Shown here: piece by piece, positions 1-13,410 of the stretch | Position numbering within the stretch: position 1 is the stretch's first letter | Layout of the letters: each line of letters opens with the position of its first letter | Source of the DNA: Octopus vulgaris | Taxonomy: Eukaryota | Direction of reading: 5' to 3' | DNA length: 64,000 nt | Assembly: GCA_951406725.2 (NCBI GenBank) | Contig: OX597814.1 | Location: forward strand, 100,440,001-100,504,000 | Position numbers and translations under genes: made by a program | The notes under the pieces: model-generated | What the model was told of the DNA's origin: nothing | Databases searched by the model: none | What the model saw: only the letters and a program-made list of their open reading frames with translations

Positions 1-170
1 TACGTGCCCTTAACATTAGCGGTTCGGCAAAAGAGAACAATAGAATAAGTACCACGCTTTGCAAAAATGTAATAAGTACTAATGTCGATAAGCTCGTTTA
101 AAATTCTTCAATGTTGTTTCCCAGCAGAGGCGCAGTCTAATGAATAAAACATAGAAGAAATAAAAGAAAT
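1..170 (+). mobile_element. 3' part of SINE family A (truncated by the window start)
   Basis: 'ttagcggttcggcaaaagagaacaatagaataagtac' matches the 3' half of the fuller copies at 26704-27100 and 29948-30321. Confidence 0.75.
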
Positions 171-337
171 CAAGAAGAGAGAAACTGAAGAGTGAAAACA
201 TCACACTGCTAACACACGATAAGACAAAATATTGACTTGTAAACCTCTAATATACTTGGAAACACATTACGGTTCCGAAACGTAATACTGCGGCGTTGAC
301 AGCAATTAGATAATGAGTAATTCTACTGAATTTATAT

Positions 338-715
338 TTTATTCTATTACTTCTTTCAGTCATTTGACCGGCCATGCTGCTGCACCGCCCCGAAGGACTC
401 CAGGATGTTTTTTCTTAAAAAAGCCTAGTATTTATTCTATCAATCACTTTTGCGGAACCGCTAAGTTACGGGGACGGAAACACACCAACACCGGTTTTCA
501 AGTGGTTATGGGGCACAAACACGAATACACACACACACATGCATCTATATATACGACAAGCTTATTTCAGTTTCCGTTCACCAACTCCACTCACAAGACT
601 GTGTTAAACCTGAGCTATAGAAGAAGGCACTAACCGATGGTGCCTCGCTGTGAAAATAAACCTGGAACCATGTTGTTGGGAAGCCAGCTTCTCACCATAC
701 AGCCACGCCTGTGCC
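338..715 (-). mobile_element. SINE family A, near full length
   Basis: Reverse complement of ggcgcagg-gtggctgtgtggtaagaagc...gcggttcggcaaaag...gcatggccgcagtcaaatgactgaaac, seen in many copies across the window. Confidence 0.85.
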
Positions 716-1058
716 TATAATTCTTTATTATTTGACAAATTTATTGAAATACAAACATTATCATAATGAGATTGTATGACAGTGAAAGGGATACAATGTC
801 AAACACCAGTTTATGCAGCTGTTTATCCTTTCATACGTCTAAACACGCATGAATATTCTGTCTTTTGAAATTGTAGCAAATCCGCTCTAATAACAAATCG
901 GGTCTAAACCGAGAAACAAAGAACAAGTCACCTTCATTGGAATTTATGAGTATGCATGGGATGGGGCATTTGAATTATAACGTCGGATGTAATCAATTGA
1001 ACCACACGCGTATTTATCGTTATGGTAAAATCTGGCGTGTGATTGAGTGGATTTCATC

Positions 1059-1152
1059 CAGATAGTCTTGGCTGACGAGCTACAAATGGATTATTGTAAG
1101 TAATATTACATTTAATTCATTAATAGCGAAACAATTGTCCCAAAATAATCTG
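1059..1152 (+). ncRNA. Type I hammerhead ribozyme, copy 1 (predicted cleavage after GUC, C1139)
   Basis: Stem I CAGATAGTCTTGG/CCAAAATAATCTG; core CTGACGA 1072-1078; stem II GCTA...TAGC; GAAA 1128-1131; stem III ACAA/TTGT; GTC triplet. Confidence 0.9.
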
Positions 1153-1591
1153 TATTTTTGTTATTTTTTATTTGCCCTGTCCGTGTGAGCTAACAGTCGT
1201 ACTGGCTTTCATGGGAAACATGTATTTTCGTGGTTGAAACCTTTTGGATTAACTGGTGCTAGAGTGATCAATATAGTGACCACTCTCTTATATTTATTTT
1301 GTGAAAATATTATAATATGCTATAAAATATTATAATAATCCAGGTTTCTCGTAGCACTAGGCCACTTGGTGTGGAATAAATATACTATTAAATTAGTATC
1401 TAATTCTCTCACCCTTATTAATTAATTATAATTATGCTGCATTTATTTCTAAATGCTGTATTTGTTTTCAGTGAGAGTTTGGCGCGCTGTTAGTTGGGGC
1501 ATTTGAATTATAACGTCGGATGTAATCAATTGAACCACACGCGTATTTATCGTTATGGTAAAATCTGGCGTGTGATTGAGTGGATTTCATC

Positions 1592-1685
1592 CAGATAGTC
1601 TTGGCTGACGAGCTACAAATGGATTATTGTAAGTAATATTACATTTAATTCATTAATAGCGAAACAATTGTCCCAAAATAATCTG
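1592..1685 (+). ncRNA. Type I hammerhead ribozyme, copy 2 (predicted cleavage after C1672)
   Basis: Identical to copy 1, offset +533. Confidence 0.9.
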
Positions 1686-2122
1686 TATTTTTGTTATTTT
1701 TTATTTGCCCTGTCCGTGTGAGCTAACAGTCGTACTGGCTTTCATGGGAAACATGTATTTTCGTGGTTGAAACCTTTTGGATTAACTGGTGCTAGAGTGA
1801 TCAATATAGTGACCACTCTCTTATATTTATTTTGTGAAAATATTATAATATGCTATAAAATATTATAATAATCCAGGTTTCTCGTAGCACTAGGCCACTT
1901 GGTGTGGAATAAATATACTATTAAATTAGTATCTAATTCTCTCACCCTTATTAATTAATTATAATTATGCTGCATTTATTTCTAAATGCTGTATTTGTTT
2001 TCAGTGAGAGTTTGGCGCGCTGTTGGTTGGGGCATTTGAATTATAACGTCGGATGTAATCAATTGAACCACACGCGTATTTATCGTTATGGTAAAATCTG
2101 GCGTGTGATTAGTGATTTCATC

Positions 2123-2213
2123 CAGATAGTCTTTGACGAGCTACAAATGGATTATTGTAAGTAATATTACATTTAATTCATTAATAGCGAAACAATTGTC
2201 CCAAAATAATCTG
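2123..2213 (+). ncRNA. Hammerhead ribozyme, copy 3, damaged (GGC deleted at the stem I/core junction)
   Basis: 'gtctttgacgag' instead of 'gtcttggctgacgag'; the rest of the motif is intact. Confidence 0.7.
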
Positions 2214-2480
2214 TATTTTTGTTATTTTTTATTTGCCCTGTCCGTGTGAGCTAACAGTCGTACTGGCTTTCATGGGAAACATGTATTTTCGTGGTTGAAA
2301 CCTTTTGGATTAACTGGTGCTAGAGTGATCAATATAGTGACCATCTCTTATATTTATTTTGTGAAAATATTATAATATGCTATAAAATATTATAATAATC
2401 CAGGTTTCTCGTAGCACTAGGCCACTTGGTGTGGAATAAATATACTATTAAATAGTATCTAATTCTCTCACCCTTATTAA

Positions 2481-2532
<52 letters not shown>

Positions 2533-2534
<2 letters not shown>

Positions 2535-2843
2535 GAGACGCAATGGCCCAGTGGTTAGGGCAGCGGACTTGCGGTTATAGGATCGCGGTTTCGATTCCCA
2601 GACCGGGCGTTGTGGGTGTTTATTGAGCGAAAACACCTAAAGCTCCACGAGCCTCCGGCAGTGGTGAAGTGGGGTGATCCCTGCTGTACTCTTTCGCCGC
2701 AACTCTCTCTCGCTCTTTCTCCTGTTGGCCTACTCGCTTAACCAGCAGGATTACGTCATTTGAAGGCTAAAACAATGCAAAGAGCATTGTGACCAGCGAT
2801 GTGTAGCAACATCTGATAGCCTGGTCGGTCACGGTGATCACGG

Positions 2844-2848
<5 letters not shown>
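2533..2848 (+). mobile_element. tRNA-derived SINE family C, flanked by (TA)n on both sides
   Basis: A box 'tggcccagtgg', B box 'gtttcgattcc'. Homologous copies at 6765-6932 (-), 8202-8275 (+) and 30738-31023 (-). Confidence 0.85.
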
Positions 2849-2939
<91 letters not shown>

Positions 2940-4163
2940 TCTTAAAGGCTAGAATTTATACACGGTATAAATATGTTATTTTTACCTCATGTATCTCAGA
3001 CAAAGCGACCTCCGGCTCCATGAATATTGTGGAACATAATCTGAAGTAGCCACCATCCTCAATATTATTGCACCAGTAATCAAAAACGTCATAGTGTCCC
3101 TCTATTATAAATGCCTATTTCTGAAGAGTAAATATTATTAGTAATACTAGTTCTCGTTTTCTTTTTCAAGATCCTTCACTTAGTAAAAACTCTATCAAGT
3201 CGTTTACTTAATGCAGTTAAACTCACACCATTATATTGTTCCTTTAGTTACTCACCACAAATTCTTTCTAATTTTGTTACAAGGGCAGGGTGTGCATTGA
3301 TTACATCGACCCCCGTAAAGGCAAAAATGACCGCGGAATTTGAACTCAATATTTAAACATTTTGGAAGAATTGCTGCTAAGCAATTTGCACGACGCGTAA
3401 CGATTGTGCAACCTCGCCAACTGGAAGAATTAACATTTGTTCGGTTATTTGTCTATCCGCAACCAAGAAGAATCTGAACTTAATTGGAAACAGTCTCTCT
3501 CATTTTCAGAATAGAGAAATTTAACAAATACAATAATTTCTAAAACAAGTTGTAATACATTGATCAACGAAACAACAATTACACTTTGTATTTGAGATTT
3601 TTGACAAGTTTAACAGCTGTGATCATTAATTAAAGCAAATATATCTACAGAATTATAAATAAATATATCGAATAGATAAACCGATTTTACACCCTATTTT
3701 ACCATAGATATAAAAGCAGCCATAGAAACTCCTACACTTCACAGTCAGTATCTTTATAAATATTGCACCAAAACCATTGTTTTGGTGCAATATTCGTGCC
3801 TATATGTTCATACAGTATAAATATTGTACGGGCATAAATTCTATGCAATTTGAGTCTAACGTATAATTCGCGCTATGAAAATAGAAAGTATCGACATACG
3901 CGCACACGCGCGCGTGTGTGAGTGTAAATGCATTTTCATACGAATCGATCTGTATCATTGTACACATAAAAGGCTCCCTTCGCAACCGCATAGTGTCGGG
4001 TTCAGTCCCAGAGCAAACATGGCACCTTGAGCAAGCGTATTCCACTATAGTCTCCAACATGACAATGACTAGCAATGCATTTGGTTGGCGAAAACTATAT
4101 GGCATCCTATCATATAAATATATGTATGTGTGTGTGTGTGTATATATATATATATGTATAACG

Positions 4164-4275
<112 letters not shown>

Positions 4276-6599
4276 CATACACGTACACATGCATGCATAC
4301 GTACTTCCATATATACGTAGACGTATGCACATTGCACACTCACACAGACAGGAGAGTGTGTCTCTATAATATGAAAGATCTATCGGAAATACATCCGTCT
4401 CATTTTCAAAGTGACAGATAAAACAACAAAAATGGCAAGTAACTAATCTAATTCATATTAAATCAACACAGTTATCGGCTTTCAGACTTATTAATTTAAC
4501 TTCTTAAAACGTTCAGTAAAGGATATGAAATCAAATACATCATACGTGAAGGAGGAAATAAAGTTATCGACTAGCCGCTGTACATTAATAAGCATTACAT
4601 AAAGAGTGTCCTATATATGAAGAATGTAATGCGAAAGTTTCAGGGTCATTCAATTCATAAATATATCGTACGAATCTGAAATAGAATCTGAAGCTTTCAT
4701 CATGTAGTTGCTTATTAAATATAGTAAATCCTCAAAAACAAATTAGCAGCTAAAATAATTTTAATTTATGTATTGGTACTAGACTGAGAGAGGAGACGTA
4801 TTACAGAATGTCTAAAAAAGTGAGAGGGTTTTCACTGAAAAATAAATGACATTCATTAAAAAGTAATAGCATATATAGAGTATAATAACGTGATACGTAT
4901 CTTAAGTAGGAGATCGCCACCGAGAATCGTGGTTGACAACAAATGCAGATTTACCCTAAGTGCAAAGAGTAACTGTCATATTTCTCTATGATTGTCTCTT
5001 TCATCTACATTCACGCGCATTTAATGGAGGGTCCCACATCTTTCTCCATCTTCAACTTAATCATTAAGTAGAATTTCAAATCTGCCAATGAGAGTTGAGA
5101 CAGAAAGTTAAGTGTCTATACTAATTTCTGCCAGTCACGTTCTCTTCACAATCTTTTTCATTTTGGTCAGGAAAGAGAAAATATACATCTATGCTTATAT
5201 GTATGCATGTAAATATATATATATGTGTGTATATGTGTATGTTTCTTTTTTCCTTGAGTTTTATTTAAGAGAGTTCAAACTGGTCGTTAATACAGCGACA
5301 AGACTATTTGAGTTAAGAGACCTCCTGGTGTTTTTAAATATGTTGTCGAGTTGGCTTGTTGGTTGAGCTATCGGTGCACACACTCAAATGTGTGCATCTA
5401 AAGAATTTCAGATGGAGAATCTGATGTCTAGGTCAGGGCATACCCTCCAGTGGATAGCGTTTTCGCAACTTCGCTACAAGGACATGTAGCATCTCATGGA
5501 TATTTTGAGGTAGCTACTGATGATATGTGTACTCTCTTTCACACACAAACATCCGCACGCGATTGTATATATATACACATATATGTATGTATGCATGTAT
5601 GTATGTATGTATGTATGTATGTATGTATATAACACTGACGATATATATAGACACCAAGCTAAAAGGTCACGCGCGAAAGAGAGACTGAAGTTTTTTCGAA
5701 AAGATTCATTAGGAATTGCGTTTACCACCGACGAAAAAGTTAATTTGATTAACAGCAGATATAGAAACATTATAGAAATCCGAAAGAAAATGTGATGATT
5801 ATTAAAACCTTTAATCCCAGAAATACTCAGAAATACCAAAAAAAAAAAAAATTAGTTTAACATTATAAACAGTTGAATATCTTACATTTTTAGAAATCTT
5901 GCCAATAATGAATTAGATAGAAGTTGTTTTGAGGAATATATTAATTTCTTGCCAAAGTAAGAGGCGCAGCGCAGAAAATAATGCAGGCGTGATATCGTCA
6001 TATTGAACCCACCTTTTAAAATGAATGTAGTACGCATATTGCAAAAAATATCTTAGCTTTAATCAAAGGTGTTTGTTTTTGCCACGTACGTTTACCATAA
6101 CTAATCTAATAAAAGTAATAGCAATTGTTTACATAAAGTCAGCAGCATAATGGATGCAAATCTATTGAACTCAACATTCGGAAAAATTGACGGAAAAAAT
6201 GCATGTCTATCGACATGTGTGATTGTTTAGAAGAGAATATGATCCCAAGAAGGCAATTGTGAAAAGAGGGAAATGATGCTTGGTCGAACATTGATTGGTT
6301 ATCAAATGAGTAAACGTAAACACACACACAGAACACACAACTCAAACGCATACACAGAAAAACACCCGCCCACACAAACACACACAGAGTTACACACATC
6401 TCTTAAGCACACGCACATATACACTGCTCTAAAAGAAAACGTAAGACGTATTTTCTCGTAGAACATATTTACAAATGTAATGTGTGTGTGAGTGCATATG
6501 TACTTTAAATGATGGTTATTATCTTAAAAAGAAGTTTGAATAACAATTTTTACTGATGGTAAGACTCGATAGAGTGAAATCAAAATTTATGATACATGT

Positions 6600-6932
6600 A
6601 TGTCGTGGCACTCCGTCCGTTACGACGACGCGGGTTCAAGTTGATCCGATCAACGAAACAACCTGAGCACTCCACAGACACATGTACCCTTAACGCAGCT
6701 CTCGGGAAGATTCAGCGTGACACAGAGTGTGACAAGGCTGGCCCTTTGAAATATAGGTGCAACAAAATGAGAGAAGGTTGTAGTGAAAGAGTACAGTAGG
6801 TTTCGCTATCATCCCCAGCCTGCCGGAACCTTGTGGAGCTTTAGGTCACTTCGCTCAATAAACACTCACAACACCCGGTCTGGAAATCGAAACTGCAATG
6901 CTTCGAGCGCGAGTCCGCTTCCCTAACCACTG
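6600..6932 (-). mobile_element. Chimeric SINE: family C head joined to family D tail
   Basis: 6765-6932 is the reverse complement of the family C head; 6600-6760 is the reverse complement of the 3' half of 52677-52998. Confidence 0.7.
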
Positions 6933-6959
6933 TATTTATGATAGCATATATACATATAT

Positions 6960-7323
6960 ATATATTGTCGTATTTTGGGATGATCATTTTTTTTTTTTTG
7001 CCCAATAAACACGTGCATTATGTTTTTTTCACTCGTTTATTATAGTTCTTATTTTATTATTTCAACTCATGTCCATTGTCCAGAAATTTTTCGTCACACA
7101 CATGTGACCTCGTGAGCGACACTTTTCCTTTTCGTGTGTGTTTTTGCTCCATTACTCCATGGGAATGGACATCTGTTAAAATAAGAACAGTGATAAACGA
7201 GTGAAGAAAATAAATATATATAGTGCGTGTGTTTAAGTGGCAAAAAAATAAAAAGCGACTATCCCGAAATCAACAATATCTGTTTCAACACACGATTTCA
7301 CATCAGCAATCTTGCAAAACGAA

Positions 7324-7325
<2 letters not shown>
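6960..7325. mobile_element. Penelope-like terminal fragment in inverted arrangement, with a degenerate minimal hammerhead (7077-7121, minus strand)
   Basis: About 6962-7038 is an inverted copy of about 7195-7280 and is homologous to 8830-8940. Minus-strand motif CTCACGA-G-GTCAC-ATGTGT-GTGAC-GAAAAATTTC. Confidence 0.55.
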
Positions 7326-7362
<37 letters not shown>

Positions 7363-7390
7363 AAACACACACACATATGTATAAACATAC

Positions 7391-7423
<33 letters not shown>

Positions 7424-7849
7424 CATATGCATGTTTATATATATGTGTGTGTGTGTGTGTGCGCGTGTGTGTATTTAAGCCTGTGTTTAACAATGTATCT
7501 TGTTAATTATATGTTTAGAATATCTGAAGAACCTGCTAAACATGTCAGTTAAACAACATATTATTTAACTACCAGCGATATTTAGAACACCCAAACGTAA
7601 TAAACACCTCGCATTGAGATTTTTTGCCAAGTTCAACAGCTGTAATTATTAATAAAGCATACTGCCAGACACACACACACACAAACACGGCTTTTACTTT
7701 TCTACTAAGCCGATGGTTTTAAGTTTACTTCGGTTTCTATTTTTGTAATTTTTCTCGTATTTTCACTGTTTCTAATTTCTGTTAACAGGAAAGCAGCGAA
7801 AAAGGAAAAAAAAAATTATGAAGGGATATATATACATTCGTTTATTCTT

Positions 7850-8435
<586 letters not shown>

Positions 8436-8459
8436 GTATATATATATATATATATTTAA

Positions 8460-8940
8460 TATATACGTCAACAAAATTATATTAAATTAAATACAAAAAA
8501 AAGAAAGAACAAAAAAATAAGTAGGTATAAACACATGAACAAAATAAATAAAAGCAAATTAAACGAACGTGAATAAATAAGGGATACAGATAATGCAGAC
8601 ACCCCACACACATACGCTCTTACTAAACATAGACACACCTAGGGTTATACGCATGCGCAAATAAAGACACAGTAGAAATACAAAATACAACATGGCTAGT
8701 AAGGAAGACACACAAATAAGAAAGAAGAAAGCAAAGGACCACTGCTGACGTCACAGAAGTGTGACGAAAGAACTCTGGCCGAAATACGATTAATGTAAAA
8801 AAGAAAATTAAGCTGAAACAAATTAACACCAAATATACAGTGCGTGTTTTTTTATTGGCTAAACTGGCAACATGACCATCCCCAAATACAACAATATATG
8901 TTTCAACACACGATTTCGCATCAAGAATTTTGCAAAATAT
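8460..8940 (+). mobile_element. Penelope-like fragment with a degenerate minimal hammerhead (8736-8780)
   Basis: GGACCA-CTGCTGA-C-GTCAC-AGAAGT-GTGAC-GAAAGAACTC-TGGCC; 3' part homologous to 7205-7320; bounded by (TA)n. Confidence 0.5.
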
Positions 8941-8979
8941 ATATATATATATATATAGCTAGCTAGCTAGCTAGCTAGC

Positions 8980-9061
<82 letters not shown>

Positions 9062-9080
9062 GTTTGATAGATAGAAAGGC

Positions 9081-9151
<71 letters not shown>

Positions 9152-9630
9152 TGCCTGTGTTTTTGTTTACGCATTTGTATGTCTGTTTGTACATAAATTC
9201 ATGTACATACATTTTCATACAGACATTCCAGTATACTTGAAATTAAATATTACAACATAGGATGTTATTAATTGTGAAAAATACTCCTTCGGCAATAAGC
9301 AGCATGTCTGCCGAACTTCCGTTTTAGGCTTCAAGTCAACGTCGTATAAAACGTGTGGGAATTGCGGTCAAAGCTAAGGAAATCTACCTCAATACTATCC
9401 ATATATCATGATGCCAATGCAGAAGTCAACTAATGCGTTGCTTATTGGCTCTCACATAATTTCTGGCTTCTGACTTTTGACATCAACTCTCTCCACCCTA
9501 ACATCATTTTAGGTGTCATTCTGTGTTTTTCTCTGTCTTACCGAATGAATGTCTATTGGTGCCTATATGTAAATTATATATGTATGTAATTATGTATATA
9601 TGCATGCTTATAAATGTGTGTATCGGTGTT

Positions 9631-9684
<54 letters not shown>

Positions 9685-12209
9685 AATACATATATATATA
9701 TATATATATTTCAGTTAGTATATCTGAACTTATTCTTATTCTGTTTTTATTTATGTAACTGTAAGGCTTCTCATCCTGTATTACTCATCATCCGTTTCTT
9801 TTCTATTGGCTAATTCCCACATGTAGCTTTCTCTCCCTACACGTCTCTCTGTCTTTGTAACTAATCAGAGATTCTTACAAGTTTTCTTGCCTATTTTTCA
9901 TAATACTCGGAACTCGAACTAACGATTTCTGAAGATTCACTCTAAGTATATCAGTTTCTCTCGAATTAACGATTGCGCTCCACCCAGCAGATAAAAAGAG
10001 ATCACCAAATCTTGTAGTCCAGATAGCAAATTGCAAATAACACTGGAAGAGAACACAACTGACAGAACCATTGAGGTTGCTGGTCTCTGATGTAATTCAC
10101 AGTATATCTAGTGTAAAGGCAAACGAACTATGTTAGAATGGTACACTCTGCATACAAATGACAGGATGTAATGTTCGTTCAAATCAAAAAAATTATTGAG
10201 GTTTCAAATTGCCCATTTACACCAACATTTTACCCTGTAGAATAATGACCTTGTGAAAACTTAGTGCCGATAAATGTTGGGCTTTACAGTTTACATTTTG
10301 ACCATAGGTTCAAACACTATGTCGGTAAATCTATATTCAAAATTTCTTCTTAAGGCAGAAAGTGTATTACATACACGAAGAAGTATTTTGTTCCTAATTT
10401 GCGAAGAATTTTTATTTTATCCATTAATATGCAATGTATATGAAAACGAAATATCAGTTTAGGTAAGTAAATACGTTGTGTGTGTATGACTGGGTACGAG
10501 AGTGTATATGTGCGTGGCTGTCTGTGTGTGCGCATGTGTATCGTATGGGGTTACGTAGGAAGTCAGTTTGCAACCACGTGGGTCGAAGTTCGTTCTCATG
10601 CCGTGGCATCTTGGCATGATGTGATTAGCTGTTACCTCTTGAGTGAAACTGAGTAGGCGGAAACTGTATCGAAGCTGCATAGATTATAACTGTAATTCAA
10701 AGCTACGACCTTGTCGCACACCTTTGGAAGCAAATGATTCTGCGTGTGTGTTAAGTTGAGGGTACACGTAACCCTGGGGTACTTAGCCATTTATACCCTG
10801 ATTAAGTAATTCTGTAGACCAAACAACTGAATACTGGTTCTTAATTGACGGAGATCATCCATCTGTATAAATATTTAAATATTTTACTTGTTCCTGTCAT
10901 CGCCTTCAAAGGTTTAGTCCAACAAATCCACCACAGTATATATATTTTTAAGCTGGGATTTATTCTACCGATCAGTTTTACCTAAACAAACAAACAACGT
11001 TTGGTACAAACTCTAGGACATGCTCATATATATACATGTGTATGAGTGTGTGTCTGTGTGTGTGGGTGCGTGTGTGTGCGTGTGTGTGTGCGAGCGAGGA
11101 CACCAATGATAGTTAAGGTTGTTCATTATTTCCAATTGACAATCGGTCGTTTGAGTAAGCGGAACCATGAACGCACCAATAATGTATATCAGAAACAGCT
11201 GGGAGTCTAAGATGTACAAACAAATAAAATGTAAAGCCTATTATTTATATTTTTCCTAGTATATCACTCTATGAAAAAGACCAGGTTAACTGCAATGATG
11301 GATTCATAAAATCGACTGTTGATGGACTTCAACTTCTGATCATGCCTAAGTATTACCTCGAGTTTTATACCATCTGGAAACGTTTTGTTAACATGATGTA
11401 TTTGTGTTAGCAGAGCGCATGTGAAGTATTTTTCCCGTATTGATAATTCCTTATCAATAATTCTTTATGTGAGTATTTGTGTGTGCTTGCGTGTGTGTTT
11501 ACGACGAACTGCTTTTAGTTTCCGCATACAAATTCCAGCCATAAGTCTTGTTTGACGAGAGGTTATAGTAGAAAGTATTTGCCCAAGTTGGCTCATAGTG
11601 AGACTAAAAATGAAGCTACGTGGTTGGGAAGCAAGCTTTTTATCACAAAACCATGCCTTGCAAATTTTGTTGAAGTTGTTTAGAAATAGGTAAGAACTAT
11701 GCCACGCTAAAAACTTTCTATAAATAATATTCATTTAGGTTTTAAAATTATCTATAGAATGCCTTAAAAGGAAGCCTTTTGAGGGAAACCTTAGAATGTA
11801 TATACTAAAACGTTTTCTCAATAAATATGATAAAAGTAACGGTTGAAATATATCTTATAGCCTACGTCTGAAAAATTATGCGTAATTCAGAATTTTAAAA
11901 GAAACTCCTTCAGTAAATAAAACTGGATTGTTTTTTGTACCAATCTTAATGAGCATACATTTTGCGTTCATCATTTGAATTATATGCATTTGGGTTGTTC
12001 AAATGCTTAAATGTGTGCACCTCTACTATTACCCTAAAGTATACGGAAATTTATATAGATAATTTGATTGAAAATCACATACATTACAATAACAAGCGTT
12101 ATAACAAAACTTGTGGGATAAAAACCTAAATTTTACAATGTAATCCCTTCTGTTATACATCTGTAAATAGTGTTACATATAAGTCTCGTATCTAGTGCAT
12201 CAAATCGTA

Positions 12210-12254
<45 letters not shown>

Positions 12255-12281
12255 GTCTGTGCGTGTTGTGTATATGTATTC

Positions 12282-12342
<61 letters not shown>

Positions 12343-12370
12343 TATCTCTGTGTGTTGTGTATATGTATTC

Positions 12371-12401
<31 letters not shown>

Positions 12402-13367
12402 GCCTGTTCTTTTCAGCAAAATATTCTCATTTAAGCAGAATTGATGTGGGAACTATTTCAGGTTTCCTACTCGAAAAATTCAATGATCGGCCGCAGTTAT
12501 TTAAGGCGTATAATGTATCTGGTTTTCATGCAGACTCGTATATCATAGCTACTCAATGACTATATTTGAGAGAAAACGTAATCAAAGAAAAATATATTTT
12601 AAGAGATAAGATGTTAACTGTTTCCTTGATACCTAGGTTATTGAGCTTTAATTTGAACATAAAGATTGATATCGTAAATAAATGTCTTGCATCGTGTGTA
12701 AGACTATATTTAATACTGAATGAGTAATATATTGAAGATTGGTGAAATATATTTTATCTTTTTGAATATAGTGTTGCTTTGAGTTTTCAAGCTAGTAGCG
12801 TGGCATTGAGAGGATGTTGAGATCCATGACTAATAAGGATTTTTTGTATGGGATAATGGATGTGTATCAAAGCCGGTGAGAGAAGCGTCCTCGAGATAGA
12901 TGCATCGACAGATAGTCATACATAAAAATATAGATAATCGTAATTATGTACATGTGCATGTGGGTGTATTAGTGTGTTTGTGTGTGTGATTGTGTGAGTG
13001 TGTGTGCATGAATAGTATACTATTGTGTATAGGTTGCGTGTGAAGTGGAGGTATATGTGTATGGTTCTCTTGTATCCAAGATCTTAACATCAAAAAATTA
13101 ATGTCAAATTTTCTAACATATATGGAAATAAAGGATATATAATTATATAGACTTACATTAATATAAGCATGCATGTTTATAGACATGCATGGACATGTGG
13201 TTTGCCTGTATCTCTATCTAACTATATATCTATCGACCGATCTAACCGTCTGCCTTTCTTTCTTTCTCTCTTTCTTACTTTTTATCTATCTTTTTATATA
13301 TGTGTGTGTATAAACATACATAAATGTAATCATGTATGGGTATATATATATATATATATATATATAC

Positions 13368-13410
<43 letters not shown>

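Larger units (their letters stand above)
962..2489 (+). repeat. Tandem array of a 533-bp unit (about 2.9 copies), retrozyme-like
   Basis: 'ggggcatttgaattataacg' recurs at 963, 1496 and 2029 (period 533). Copies 1 and 2 differ by about one substitution and copy 3 has a few small deletions. The array ends in (TA)n. Confidence 0.97.

Noticed and set aside
258-286. GGAA...TTCC-GAAAC-GTA, resembling the 3' half of a hammerhead
   Set aside because: No CUGANGA upstream.
1967-2164. 65-aa ORF in the repeat unit as a possible encoded protein
   Set aside because: The equivalent frame in the previous unit has TAG stops, and the length here depends on copy-3 deletions.
962-2489. Array as a CRISPR-like locus, snoRNA cluster or plain satellite
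   Set aside because: There are no unique spacers and no canonical C/D box pair; the complete hammerhead explains the conserved motifs better.
3530-3640. Similarity to about 7600-7660
   Set aside because: Short, degenerate dispersed repeat that is too weak to classify.
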